This document shows, one piece after another, positions 37,662-47,019 of a stretch of DNA of 64,000 bases (position 1 is its first letter; the number at the start of each line of letters is the position of its first letter). Below the pieces are notes generated by a model, which was not told the origin of the DNA, did no database searches, and was given only the letters and a program-made list of their open reading frames with translations. Origin of the DNA: Armatimonadota bacterium (lineage in GTDB: Bacteria > Vulcanimicrobiota > JACPDS01 > JBDRKI01); NCBI GenBank assembly GCA_043814095.1, contig JBDRKI010000036.1:32001-96000 (forward strand). Direction: 5' to 3'. Position numbers and translations under genes: made by a program.

Positions 37662-38222
37662 ATGGCAAGCAAAATAGAAGCTTTTATACAGGCATTAAAA
37701 GAGCCGGTTATAAAGCCTAAGGTTTATGATCAAACAAAACTTCTGGGAGAATTGAGAAACAGCCTTGCTTCTACCATATGCACCATTAAAACTCTTTATC
37801 CTCACGAAACAGGCAAATCTATATCGGAGATGACCGTAAAAGAGGGCGAAACGTATTTTAAAAGAGTCCTTAAAAACGATAAATCAATAGGCGGAAGATT
37901 TATTAAAGATGTTTTCTATTTTTACAGGTCAATGGAATTGGAAGTTATGGCAGAAGGCTTTATAAAAGCGCTTTGTCATTGTGTTTCAAAATCCGCCAAT
38001 GTTACCGGTTCAGCAGAAGTTCTTTCTAAATCTGTAATGAATTTAGCGCCAGATGACCAGATCCAGCATTACTGCCGCATAATTGAAAAAGCAGAGATAA
38101 AAGCGGCAAGAAATGCTACGAGGAGAGAAGGAGCTTTGACTAAATTAAGAGAGTTTTTTAAAGGCGGCAAACTGAAGATAAAAAAACCTTCAGGGATTAA
38201 ATTTAAACTTCCTAAATGGTAA
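37662..38222 (+). CDS. Hypothetical protein with basic C-terminal tail
   Basis: Clean ORF between the box array and a terminator; GGAG RBS before ATG 37662 (upstream ATG at 37638); no motif recognised. Confidence 0.7.
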   Translation: MASKIEAFIQALKEPVIKPKVYDQTKLLGELRNSLASTICTIKTLYPHETGKSISEMTVKEGETYFKRVLKNDKSIGGRFIKDVFYFYRSMELEVMAEGFIKALCHCVSKSANVTGSAEVLSKSVMNLAPDDQIQHYCRIIEKAEIKAARNATRREGALTKLREFFKGGKLKIKKPSGIKFKLPKW

Positions 38223-38248
38223 AGAACCCATGTTTAAAAGTCAAGAAT

Positions 38249-38283
38249 AAAAAACAGGGATTTATTGTAAATCCCTGTTTTTT
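38249..38283. terminator. Bidirectional intrinsic terminator
   Basis: AAAAAACAGGGATTTA-TTG-TAAATCCCTGTTTTTT between convergent genes. Confidence 0.85.
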
Positions 38284-38298
38284 GATCCTATTAATCTT

Positions 38299-39240
38299 TT
38301 ATCTTACTATCTTTGTTCCGGTGTTGCCTTTTAATGCTTCTGTAATATGTTCAGGATCGGTAATTATTACCTCTTTACCGCCTTTTTCTATGAATTGAAT
38401 GCTAGCTTGAATTTTAGGCCCCATGGATCCTTTAGGGAACTGACCTTCTTCTAAGTATTTTTTAGCTTCGGCAACAGTTATCATATCAAGTGATTTCTCA
38501 TTCTCTTTTTTATAGTTTATGCATACTTTCTCAACACCTGTTGATATTATAAGGACATCCGCGTTTATCTGGTTCGCAAGAAGAGATGATGCTCTGTCTT
38601 TGTCTATAACAGCTTCCACGCCTTGTATGTCTCCGTTCCCGTTTTTTATGACGGGTATCCCGCCTCCGCCTACGGCTATAACTATGAAACCCTTATCCAG
38701 TAATGACTTTATGGCATCTTTCTCGAGTATGTCTATGGGAATAGGGGAGGGTACAACTCTTCTATAGCCGCGTCCTGCGTCTTCCACAATACTCCATCCT
38801 TTTTCTTCCCTGTTTTTTTCGGCTTCTTCTTTTTTATAAAAAGGTCCTATAGGCTTTGACGGATTTTCAAATGAAGGATCATTTTTGTCAACCAGAACCT
38901 GGGTTACTATCGTGGCGACAGTTTTGATTATTTTCTTCTCGCGCAACTCATTTCCCAGCACCTGCTGGAGCATATAGCCCATGCCGCCCTGGGTGTCCGA
39001 TACGCATGTGTCCAGGAATATGGGGTAAACTTTATCTTTTGAATATTCTACTCTTAGAAGAATATTCCCGACTTGGGGGCCGTTGCCGTGTGTAAGCACA
39101 ATATCATAGCCCATGGCTATCATCTCGGCTAAGTGTTTTGAAGTTTCGCGCGAGTTTTCAAACTGTTCCGGTATTGTGCCTGTCTGGTTTTCCTTGGAAA
39201 TGGAATTTCCGCCTATTGCGACCACTGCTAATTTTCCCAT
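38299..39240 (-). CDS. arcC: Carbamate kinase
   Basis: VAIGGNS, THGNGPQVG, PSKPIGPFY, GYRRVVPSP, EAVIDKD and GSMGPK motifs. Confidence 0.96.
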   Translation of the reverse strand: MGKLAVVAIGGNSISKENQTGTIPEQFENSRETSKHLAEMIAMGYDIVLTHGNGPQVGNILLRVEYSKDKVYPIFLDTCVSDTQGGMGYMLQQVLGNELREKKIIKTVATIVTQVLVDKNDPSFENPSKPIGPFYKKEEAEKNREEKGWSIVEDAGRGYRRVVPSPIPIDILEKDAIKSLLDKGFIVIAVGGGGIPVIKNGNGDIQGVEAVIDKDRASSLLANQINADVLIISTGVEKVCINYKKENEKSLDMITVAEAKKYLEEGQFPKGSMGPKIQASIQFIEKGGKEVIITDPEHITEALKGNTGTKIVR

Positions 39241-39321
39241 AAATTCCTCCGGAGTTTACAAATAACCCGTTTTTAAAACGGACTGTTTGTATGTTTTACA
39301 TCTTAATATCTTTTTTAATAA

Positions 39322-40323
39322 TTAAGGTCTTCCGCCCATTGCCAGAGCCATTAAGGCTTTCTGGATATGGAGCCTGTTCTCGGCCTCGTCAAATACTATT
39401 GAATTGGGCCCGTCTATTACCGCGTCGGTTACCTCATTGCCTCTGTCTGCGGGCAGGCAGTGCATGTAATATGCGTTATCGGTAAGCTTCATTCTTTTTT
39501 CATTGCATATCCAGTTTTTGTATTTGCCTGATATTGCCATTGATTTTTCTTTATCTGTTATTTTTTTATCCTGTAGGTACTGCAAACAGCCCCAGCTTTT
39601 CGGGTATACGACATGAGCCCCCTTAAAGCCCTTGTCCATGTCATTTACTATTTCAAATTTTGCTCCTGTCTCTTTTGCGTTTTCTTTTGCCTGTTTGATT
39701 ATATCAGGGGGCAGGTAGAATTCCGGCGGGTGGGCCAGCGTTACATCCATCCCGAATCTCGGCATAAGAAGAACCAGGGAGTTGGGAACGCTCATGGGTT
39801 TTGTGTAGCTGGGAGCGTATGCCCATGATACTGTGATTTTTTTGCCCCTTAAATCATTCCCGAATTTTTCCCTTATGGTCATTAAATCCGCAAGTATCTG
39901 GCAGGGATGGTATATGTCGCACTGCATGTTGAAAATCGGGACATCCGAATGTTTTGCGATCTCTCTTATGTAGTTGTTACCTACACCCCAGAAGCAGTTT
40001 CTTACAGCTATGCCGTGTCCGTATCTGCTTAATACTTTTGCAGTATCAAGAGCCGTCTCTCCGTGGGATATCTGCATCTTGTCCGGCGTTAAGTCATGAG
40101 CATGTCCGCCTAACTGCGTCATACCCGCTTCAAATGAGTTTCTTGTTCTTGTAGACTGTTCAAAGAACATCATAAACAGAGTTTTGTCCTGGAGCAGCCT
40201 GTGGGGGATACTGAGCCCGAATTTCATTTTCAGGTCTTTAGCCACATCAAGTGCTGTTTCCAGCTCTTCTTTTGTCCATTCCTGGTTTGAGATAAAGTGT
40301 TTTCCTCTTAATAGTGTCTGCAT
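39322..40323 (-). CDS. Carbamoyltransferase, YgeW-like branch of the ATCase/OTCase family
   Basis: STRTR, HPCQ, MHCLPADRG and EAENRLH; WAYAPSYTKPMSVP matches the YgeW-type loop rather than ArgF. Confidence 0.85.
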   Translation of the reverse strand: MQTLLRGKHFISNQEWTKEELETALDVAKDLKMKFGLSIPHRLLQDKTLFMMFFEQSTRTRNSFEAGMTQLGGHAHDLTPDKMQISHGETALDTAKVLSRYGHGIAVRNCFWGVGNNYIREIAKHSDVPIFNMQCDIYHPCQILADLMTIREKFGNDLRGKKITVSWAYAPSYTKPMSVPNSLVLLMPRFGMDVTLAHPPEFYLPPDIIKQAKENAKETGAKFEIVNDMDKGFKGAHVVYPKSWGCLQYLQDKKITDKEKSMAISGKYKNWICNEKRMKLTDNAYYMHCLPADRGNEVTDAVIDGPNSIVFDEAENRLHIQKALMALAMGGRP

Positions 40324-40331
40324 ACAACCTC

Positions 40332-41534
40332 CTATATATTATTTGCTAAAATATTTGCAAATGCAGTATAAAATGCCGTTGCTTTTTTGATATGGTCTAC
40401 TGTTATCTGATCATCTGCGGTATGTGCGTATTCTTCCTTGCTGGGGCCGTAGCCTATTGTGGGGATATTCATTTTTCCCATGGAAGCCACGCCGTTTGTT
40501 GAGAATACCCATTTGCTGACTTTAGGTTTTGCTCCGAAGAGAGTTTCAGCGGTTTTAATACCTGCCTGCACGAGTTTATGGTCTTCAGGGAGCACCCATG
40601 TGGGATAATACTTTTCCTGGTCAATATGCTCGTCTGTATATGTGGGGGTATCATAATAAAGGACATCTACTTTAGCGTTTCCTTTACATATATCTTCAAG
40701 TTCTTTTACCGAGCTTTCTTTGGTTTCGCCCACGGTAAGGCGTCTGTCTATGTATATTTTACATTCGTCTGGCACTGAATTTAATGAAGGCGTCTGGCAT
40801 TCTATTTTTGATACTACTATGGTGCCTTTGCCGAGAAAATCGTCGTCTTTCAGGTTATCGTTTAATTTTTCTATCGCGGATATGATCGGTGCCATTTTAT
40901 AAATTGCATTCTCACCTCTGTCAGGAGCGCTTCCGTGGCATGATTTACCTTTTGCGGTTACGCTCATCTCCATCCTGCCCCTGTGGCCCCTGTATATGCA
41001 CAGATCAGTGCATTCACCGAGCACCACATAATCCGGCTTTGGTATTGAATTATTGAACATATAGAGCATTGACGCGCCGTCACAGTCTTCTTCCTGTACG
41101 GTGCCCACAACATAAATAGTGAAGTCATCAACAAGCCCCAGTTCTTTCATAATAGCGGCGCCGTAAATCTGGCAGGCTGTCGCGCCTTTGTTATCCGATG
41201 TTCCTCTTCCGTAGATTATTTCATTTTCAACTTTACCCTGGAAGGGATCGTGTTTCCATGATTTTATGTCCCCTATATCAACCGTATCTATATGGGAGTC
41301 AAAGGCTATCTTTGTTTTGCCGCTGCCTATCTGCCCTATAATATTACCGGCTTTATCTACCCATACCTTATCATAATTCAGTTTTTCCATTTCTTTTTTT
41401 ATTTCTTGCACGACATCTTTTTCTTTAGTGCTGGTGCTGGGTATGGCAATAATCCTTCTTAAAAAATCTATGATGTTGTCTTTTTTTAATTCAACCGTTT
41501 TTAAGATTTGTTCCTGGTTAACTGTTTTAAGCAT
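40332..41534 (-). CDS. ygeY: YgeY-family M20 metallohydrolase
   Basis: DSHIDTV, GRGTSDNKG, GTVQEEDCDG, YRGHRGRME and WVFSTNG motifs. Confidence 0.88.
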   Translation of the reverse strand: MLKTVNQEQILKTVELKKDNIIDFLRRIIAIPSTSTKEKDVVQEIKKEMEKLNYDKVWVDKAGNIIGQIGSGKTKIAFDSHIDTVDIGDIKSWKHDPFQGKVENEIIYGRGTSDNKGATACQIYGAAIMKELGLVDDFTIYVVGTVQEEDCDGASMLYMFNNSIPKPDYVVLGECTDLCIYRGHRGRMEMSVTAKGKSCHGSAPDRGENAIYKMAPIISAIEKLNDNLKDDDFLGKGTIVVSKIECQTPSLNSVPDECKIYIDRRLTVGETKESSVKELEDICKGNAKVDVLYYDTPTYTDEHIDQEKYYPTWVLPEDHKLVQAGIKTAETLFGAKPKVSKWVFSTNGVASMGKMNIPTIGYGPSKEEYAHTADDQITVDHIKKATAFYTAFANILANNI

Positions 41535-41550
41535 GTATCCTCCTTGTTAA

Positions 41551-42282
41551 TCAAAAATTGTCTAAAATTTGCAGGCTTTTTGTATGTTCTTTCTGTTTTT
41601 CTTCTTTTTCTTTTTCATCATTAATGAAATTTTTATCTACGAAAGCCCTGATTTTTTTAGTGTCTTCTTCAGAAATTTCTGAAAATTCCATTCCTATTAA
41701 ATAATTATCAAACTGGGTTTTCTTGGTCCATGCTATCCTGGTTTTAATATTTACAGGCGGATCATCAAAGCTTAAGAGAATCCTTAAATCAATATTTGTG
41801 TCTTTGGGAATAGGATCATCATGCATAATTCTCATGCCTTTTCCGGATAAATTCTGAGTCAGGGCGTAAAACTTTTTCTTTTCTTCGCCTATAGTCATCT
41901 CGATTGCCAGAACCTTATTTAAGCGGTATGATTTTCTTTTTCCTTCGGGGGAAAATCTGTCAGTAAAACGTTCTAGTTTTTCCCGCGTTTCATTTGTAAT
42001 GTTTGAAAATTCCATACCAGTTATATATACCCCGCCTAAAAGTTCTTTCTGCCATATCTTTTTTACCGTTAAATTAAGGGCTTCGTCTGCGCGGATTATT
42101 AATGAAAACTCTATATCACCGGGGAAGGAGAAATCACTGTGGACCTGCATGCCTGTCGCGGAGATATCTTCAATGTAGATAAAACAGTTTTTAACTTCTC
42201 CCTGCAGATGCAGTTCGCAGTTAAAGGTTTTATGCAGGGATATTTTTTTGCGTTCCGATTCTCTTCTTTCCTGGTTTGTCAT
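41551..42282 (-). CDS. Tandem PilZ-domain protein (putative c-di-GMP receptor)
   Basis: RESER..DISATG and RKSYR..NLSGKG (RxxxR and D/NxSxxG twice), GMEF in each domain. Confidence 0.85.
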   Translation of the reverse strand: MTNQERRESERKKISLHKTFNCELHLQGEVKNCFIYIEDISATGMQVHSDFSFPGDIEFSLIIRADEALNLTVKKIWQKELLGGVYITGMEFSNITNETREKLERFTDRFSPEGKRKSYRLNKVLAIEMTIGEEKKKFYALTQNLSGKGMRIMHDDPIPKDTNIDLRILLSFDDPPVNIKTRIAWTKKTQFDNYLIGMEFSEISEEDTKKIRAFVDKNFINDEKEKEEKQKEHTKSLQILDNF

Positions 42283-42292
42283 AAATTCACCC

Positions 42293-43576
42293 CTATACTT
42301 TATTTAAATTTATAAGTCCTTCATATTCTCTTGTAATATCGCCGTATAAAGGAAACTTCGCGCATAAAGATTCTACGTCTTTTTTAACCCGATTAATTAC
42401 AGCTTCATCTTCGGGAGATTTTAAAACTTTTATGATAAGATGCGCTACTTCTTCCATCTGTTCTTTTTTCATTCCCCTTGTTGTAAGGGCAGGTGTGCCG
42501 AGCCGGATGCCTGATGTTACGAGTGGTGGATTAGGGTCAAATGGGATTGTGTTTTTATTTACCGTTATGCCTGCTTTATCTAAAGAAGTTTCCGCTATCT
42601 TCCCCGTTATATTCAAACTTGTAAGGTCAACAAGCATAAGGTGGTTGTCCGTGCCGCCCGATACTATTCTTAAACCTTCTTTTGTAAGAGCTTCTGCCAG
42701 AGCTTTGGCGTTTTCTAAAATCTCTTTCTGGTAGATTTTAAATTCTTCCGTCATGGCTTCTTTAAAAGCCACTGCTTTTGCGGCAATCACGTGCATTAAA
42801 GGGCCGCCCTGGAAGCCCGGGAAGAGGTTCCTGTTAAGATCTTTTTTATACTGTTCTTTTGAAAGGATAAGGCCTGATCTGGGGCCTCTTAATGTTTTAT
42901 GTGTGGTGGTTGTAACATAATCCGCGTAAGGTACCGGGCTGGGATGCAGGCCCGCAGCTACCAGTCCCGCTATATGCGCCATATCAACGACAAAACACGC
43001 GCCGACTTCATCGGCTATTTTCCTGAATTTTTCAAAATCTATAATTCTTGAATAAGCGCTTGCTCCCGCGAGCAGCATTTTAGGTTTACTCTCAAGGGCC
43101 AGTCTCCTTACCTCGTCATAATCTATTGTTTCAGTCTCTTTATTTACGCCGTAAGGTACTACCTTAAAATATTTGCCTGAGAAGTTTAAAGGATGCCCGT
43201 GTGAAAGATGCCCCCCGCATGATAGATCCATGCCCATGAAGGTATCTCCTGGTTCTAATATAGAGAAAAACACCGCCATATTGGCCTGTGTGCCGGAATG
43301 GGGCTGTACATTGGCGTGTTCGGCGCCGAAGAGTTCTTTTGCTCTTTGTATGGCTAATCTTTCGGCAACATCAACATATTCGCATCCCCCGTAATATCTT
43401 CTGCCGGGATAGCCTTCCGCGTATTTATTTGTAAGTACGGAACCCTGCGCTTCCAGAACTGCTTCGGACACGAAATTTTCGGAAGCTATGAGTTCCAGTT
43501 TTGTTGCCTGGCGCTTTGTTTCATTATATACGGCTTCGGCTATCTCTGGATCTGTTTTAATCAAGTGTTTAAACAT
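42293..43576 (-). CDS. glyA: Serine hydroxymethyltransferase
   Basis: [30 protein letters not shown] and [11 protein letters not shown] motifs; AGGAG RBS before ATG 43576. Confidence 0.97.
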   Translation of the reverse strand: MFKHLIKTDPEIAEAVYNETKRQATKLELIASENFVSEAVLEAQGSVLTNKYAEGYPGRRYYGGCEYVDVAERLAIQRAKELFGAEHANVQPHSGTQANMAVFFSILEPGDTFMGMDLSCGGHLSHGHPLNFSGKYFKVVPYGVNKETETIDYDEVRRLALESKPKMLLAGASAYSRIIDFEKFRKIADEVGACFVVDMAHIAGLVAAGLHPSPVPYADYVTTTTHKTLRGPRSGLILSKEQYKKDLNRNLFPGFQGGPLMHVIAAKAVAFKEAMTEEFKIYQKEILENAKALAEALTKEGLRIVSGGTDNHLMLVDLTSLNITGKIAETSLDKAGITVNKNTIPFDPNPPLVTSGIRLGTPALTTRGMKKEQMEEVAHLIIKVLKSPEDEAVINRVKKDVESLCAKFPLYGDITREYEGLINLNKV

Positions 43577-43679
43577 AATATACTCCTGGGTTTTTATTGT
43601 TTTAGTTTTTAGCATTATTTAACTTTAAAGTTTGTTTTAATTAATCAGGGCGGTTGTTTAAGCCGCCCCGGATACAATG

Positions 43680-46145
43680 TTATTTGTTTATCTTTTCAAG
43701 ATACTCGTTAATCGCTTTATACTGTGAATCCGCGTCCAGGTGAGCTTCTTTGAAGATCTCGTCCGGTTCGCCGCTGCCGTAGGGGCCTATGCTCTCATTC
43801 TCATCGGCATCTTTACCGATCTGGCTCGGCGGTTTGTAGGAATAGAGAGAGTATCTTAAGCCGATCTCATCCACATAAGGCCTGATTGTACCTTCTGTGA
43901 ATTCGGTTATTGCTATTGAGGCTCTTCTTGTTCTTTCTTTGTCGGTATAAGGGAGTACTTTGTCCCTGTATTCTACAGTCTGCATCCTGAAGAGTTCATG
44001 ACTTGTTATTACAACTATAGATACATTCCATTTCTTATCTATCTTTTCAAGCACTTCTTCAATGAATATTTTCGCAACCCCCGCTCCCTGGAGCACGATT
44101 GTGCCGTCAACCTTTTTACTTGTGTCTGCAGGTCTTAATATATAGCCGCCTTTTGCAGCTTCTACTGCATCAGCAAATCCTAGTTTTTTCCTGTCAAAGA
44201 CGATCCCGTCCGGTCTTGCTATAAACGGCACTATGGCAACAGGTCTTGCCATGTAAGATGCCACCATAAGAGGGAATATTTCATTTGGATCTATAGGCAG
44301 TATGGTTATTAAGCTTCTGTAAGGGAAGTTCTCTCTCCATACGCTTAATGCCTGGGGATCAGCGTGTGTTCTTACCCCGTCAGGGCCTGTCCATAAAGAG
44401 GCGTGGAATGCGCCTATCTGAACGGGAGCTCTCAGGTCTCTTTCATGCGAGCCCCACGGTCCGTCCGCTACTTTAACATGGGTATGAGCAAGAGACTGGA
44501 AAGCACCGTATGAAGTCGTGACGCCGGTATATCTACCGGAAGCGCCTAAGCCCAGCATAAGCCCGGCGTTTGCGTCTTCCGTTATACCGCCTCCGTGAAG
44601 TATTCTTGATGACCTGTTGTTTTCTCCGTAATAATAATCTTCTTTATTATCTCCGCCGAAGGAATCTGTAATGCCCGGTAGTGTTGAGCTTAAAAGGTCA
44701 GCAGATACGACCCAGTAAGCGCCGTTTGTGAGTTTATTAATGTATGATGCGATATCAACATACTGTTTTCTGTAAGATCCTTTGCCCGGTTCCATAATAA
44801 GTTCCGCGGGAGGTTTTGAAGCATCAAGAGGTTTTTCAGCCGTAAACTTTACAAGCGGGGTTATATCAGCTGTAGTCATTTTTCTGTTTTTTGGGACTCT
44901 CTCTTTTGCCTGCATGACTCTCTTTACGATAAAGTCGGTAAGCTTGGGTTTGTTTTTAAGTACTTCTGATACGGCATTAAGACTCTTCATGAAGTATTCT
45001 TCTATTACATCCTGGTCCCGGCTCTCGGGCATGCGCGGGAGAGAGGTGCTAAAGCGTTTCTCAAATTCTTCCTGTGACGCGAAATATTCTTTACTGTCGG
45101 TTTTATGTCCCGCTCCGTGATATTTTCTTCCAACTATACAGCACATGGGGTCATAACCCTTGCTCTTTGTTGTATGGAATACGCCCACGGCGAAACGGCT
45201 GCTTTTCTTCATTATATCATTTATAATGCCGAGCCCTGCGGTTACCTGATGGAAGTTATGGCCGTCGTTTACGGTAATAACATTGGCGCCGTGTGTTGAG
45301 GCCAGTTCTTCCGGTGTCCATGAAGCCACTTTTCCTTCGGATATATTATTGAGGTCTTTTGAACAACCTACAACACAGTTTTCGTCTATATTCGCGTTGT
45401 TAAAATCACCGAGGAATGCAACATTGCCCAGTTTCATGTTATGAGCGCACTGGTAGGCTTCCTGGTATCTTCCGGGTGTTGAACCGCCGTCAGCTCCTTC
45501 AAGTATATATACATACGGAGGATTATCTCCCATAAATGTTTCTCTTAAGCTTAACGCGAGCCCCAGCATCTGCGGTGCTCCGTAGCCGGATGCGCCCGAA
45601 GCCAGCCTTATAAACGGGGTCTCGGGGATAGGGTGGCCTTCAAGTCTTACCGGGTTATATTTATCCACTAACTTTGAAGAATAAGTTACGTTTCTTCTAA
45701 AGCCCAGCATATCCTTGAAAAGGATAACATCTTTAGGAAGGGCCTTGGGCTCTCTCATTTTAACGGCTTCAAACAAAAGGGTAAGTACCGCGTACATACC
45801 GTTTGCTTTATGTCCGGATGCAAGCCCTATAACATCATTATGTATATTATCCGGATCACTTATATCATATCTTAATGTGTCAAGCAAAAGCCCTATAAGC
45901 TGGGGGCCGGCCGATATTGCTCCGCCAGGGTGGCCGCTCTGGCGGTAATTGAACATGATCTTTATTATGGTATCATATAATACCCTTACGTCATTGAATA
46001 AATCGTAGGTTTCTTCATCAAGATAAGGTGCCTGTTTTAATACTTCATCAGTTGATGTAAAGAATTGATTTTTTTTCTTGAAATCAATGCTTCCAAGGTA
46101 AGACGGTTTTAAGGGTTTGTTTGTGTCTGATAAGAGTTTTTCCAT
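43680..46145 (-). CDS. Divergent transketolase-family thiamine-diphosphate enzyme (fused N- and C-terminal parts)
   Basis: SGHPGG, GHKA, LEGHP, ThDP motif GADG-x~27-NN, SADL, GITE and GPDGVRTH. Confidence 0.8.
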   Translation of the reverse strand: MEKLLSDTNKPLKPSYLGSIDFKKKNQFFTSTDEVLKQAPYLDEETYDLFNDVRVLYDTIIKIMFNYRQSGHPGGAISAGPQLIGLLLDTLRYDISDPDNIHNDVIGLASGHKANGMYAVLTLLFEAVKMREPKALPKDVILFKDMLGFRRNVTYSSKLVDKYNPVRLEGHPIPETPFIRLASGASGYGAPQMLGLALSLRETFMGDNPPYVYILEGADGGSTPGRYQEAYQCAHNMKLGNVAFLGDFNNANIDENCVVGCSKDLNNISEGKVASWTPEELASTHGANVITVNDGHNFHQVTAGLGIINDIMKKSSRFAVGVFHTTKSKGYDPMCCIVGRKYHGAGHKTDSKEYFASQEEFEKRFSTSLPRMPESRDQDVIEEYFMKSLNAVSEVLKNKPKLTDFIVKRVMQAKERVPKNRKMTTADITPLVKFTAEKPLDASKPPAELIMEPGKGSYRKQYVDIASYINKLTNGAYWVVSADLLSSTLPGITDSFGGDNKEDYYYGENNRSSRILHGGGITEDANAGLMLGLGASGRYTGVTTSYGAFQSLAHTHVKVADGPWGSHERDLRAPVQIGAFHASLWTGPDGVRTHADPQALSVWRENFPYRSLITILPIDPNEIFPLMVASYMARPVAIVPFIARPDGIVFDRKKLGFADAVEAAKGGYILRPADTSKKVDGTIVLQGAGVAKIFIEEVLEKIDKKWNVSIVVITSHELFRMQTVEYRDKVLPYTDKERTRRASIAITEFTEGTIRPYVDEIGLRYSLYSYKPPSQIGKDADENESIGPYGSGEPDEIFKEAHLDADSQYKAINEYLEKINK

Positions 46146-46277
46146 TTTTTTCTCCTTTTTTAAGTGTTTTATTGTATATTACGGGTTTGCCGCAATACAT
46201 ACAATATTAAGTTTATATTATATTAATCATAAAATCAAGAGTTCCTTCTTAAAAAAATAACCCTATAAAGTATATTT

Positions 46278-46339
46278 TGTTAACATTTTTTTAACAATTT
46301 GGCAATATTTTGTTAATATTTCTATGTTAATATTATAAT
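46278..46339 (+). promoter_or_regulatory. Array of four TGTTAACA-like boxes at 11-bp spacing plus -10 element
   Basis: TGTTAACA 46278, TTTTAACA 46289, TGGCAATA 46300, TGTTAATA 46311; TATAAT at 46334-46339 puts the last box at the -35 position. Confidence 0.65.
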
Positions 46340-46392
46340 AACAGATAATACTATCTAAAAATAACCAAAAACATATAGATACAGGATGGGAA

Positions 46393-47019
46393 ATGAATAC
46401 TATAAATCCGGTGAATTTCGGTAATTTTATTAAAGATTTATTACAAGATACTAAGGATTCAAAAAATCCGGTGGAAGAAGCGGGAAGATCCGGGGTTGAG
46501 CGTGTTGAGAGTCAGAATCTTCGTGATATTTTATTTGAAGCAGTATGGCTTAAAGACAGGGCAGGCCTGGAAGGTAAAGATAAATACGGTTTTTCCTGCA
46601 AGACTGAAAAAACAACCTTGTCCGGGAAAGAATATGATATATATACAATAGTGAAAACCAAAACTATAGGAAAAGAGATTTTTAAACAAAAAATCTCTTA
46701 CCATATTAAAACTGGTTTTTTAAAAGCAGAATTTTTCAGGAAAACTTTTGAAGAATACTGCATAAAGAACGGAAAAACGATACCCTTATGCGGTTATGAG
46801 ATATACCAGCGCGGAACAGCCCAGACAGAGAATTTTATGGCCGAGGAAGGCGAGGAACCATTTGTGGATTTTAAGATACAGAGGAAAGAATCAAAAGAAA
46901 ACCTTGTATACAGAACGATATATTTCAGGGACGGTGAATTCTGTGAAAAGTTCAGGGAAAAATTTTATAAACAAACCCGGTTATCCCCCGGAGGGCTACC
47001 ACCCGGAGGTCGTAAATGA
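46393..47019 (+). CDS. Hypothetical protein
   Basis: 208-aa ORF with AGGA RBS, ATGA-coupled to the next gene; no motif recognised. Confidence 0.7.
   Translation: MNTINPVNFGNFIKDLLQDTKDSKNPVEEAGRSGVERVESQNLRDILFEAVWLKDRAGLEGKDKYGFSCKTEKTTLSGKEYDIYTIVKTKTIGKEIFKQKISYHIKTGFLKAEFFRKTFEEYCIKNGKTIPLCGYEIYQRGTAQTENFMAEEGEEPFVDFKIQRKESKENLVYRTIYFRDGEFCEKFREKFYKQTRLSPGGLPPGGRK

Noticed and set aside
39322-40323. Arginine deiminase pathway (arcABC) or biosynthetic argF
   Set aside because: No arcA or arcD in the window, and the transferase has the YgeW-type WAY.PSY.KP.SVP loop with a ygeY neighbour
37601-46315. sigma54 promoters at the TGGCAATA boxes (37601 and 46300)
   Set aside because: No GC dinucleotide at the required GG-N10-GC spacing; the boxes fit the 11-bp repeat register instead
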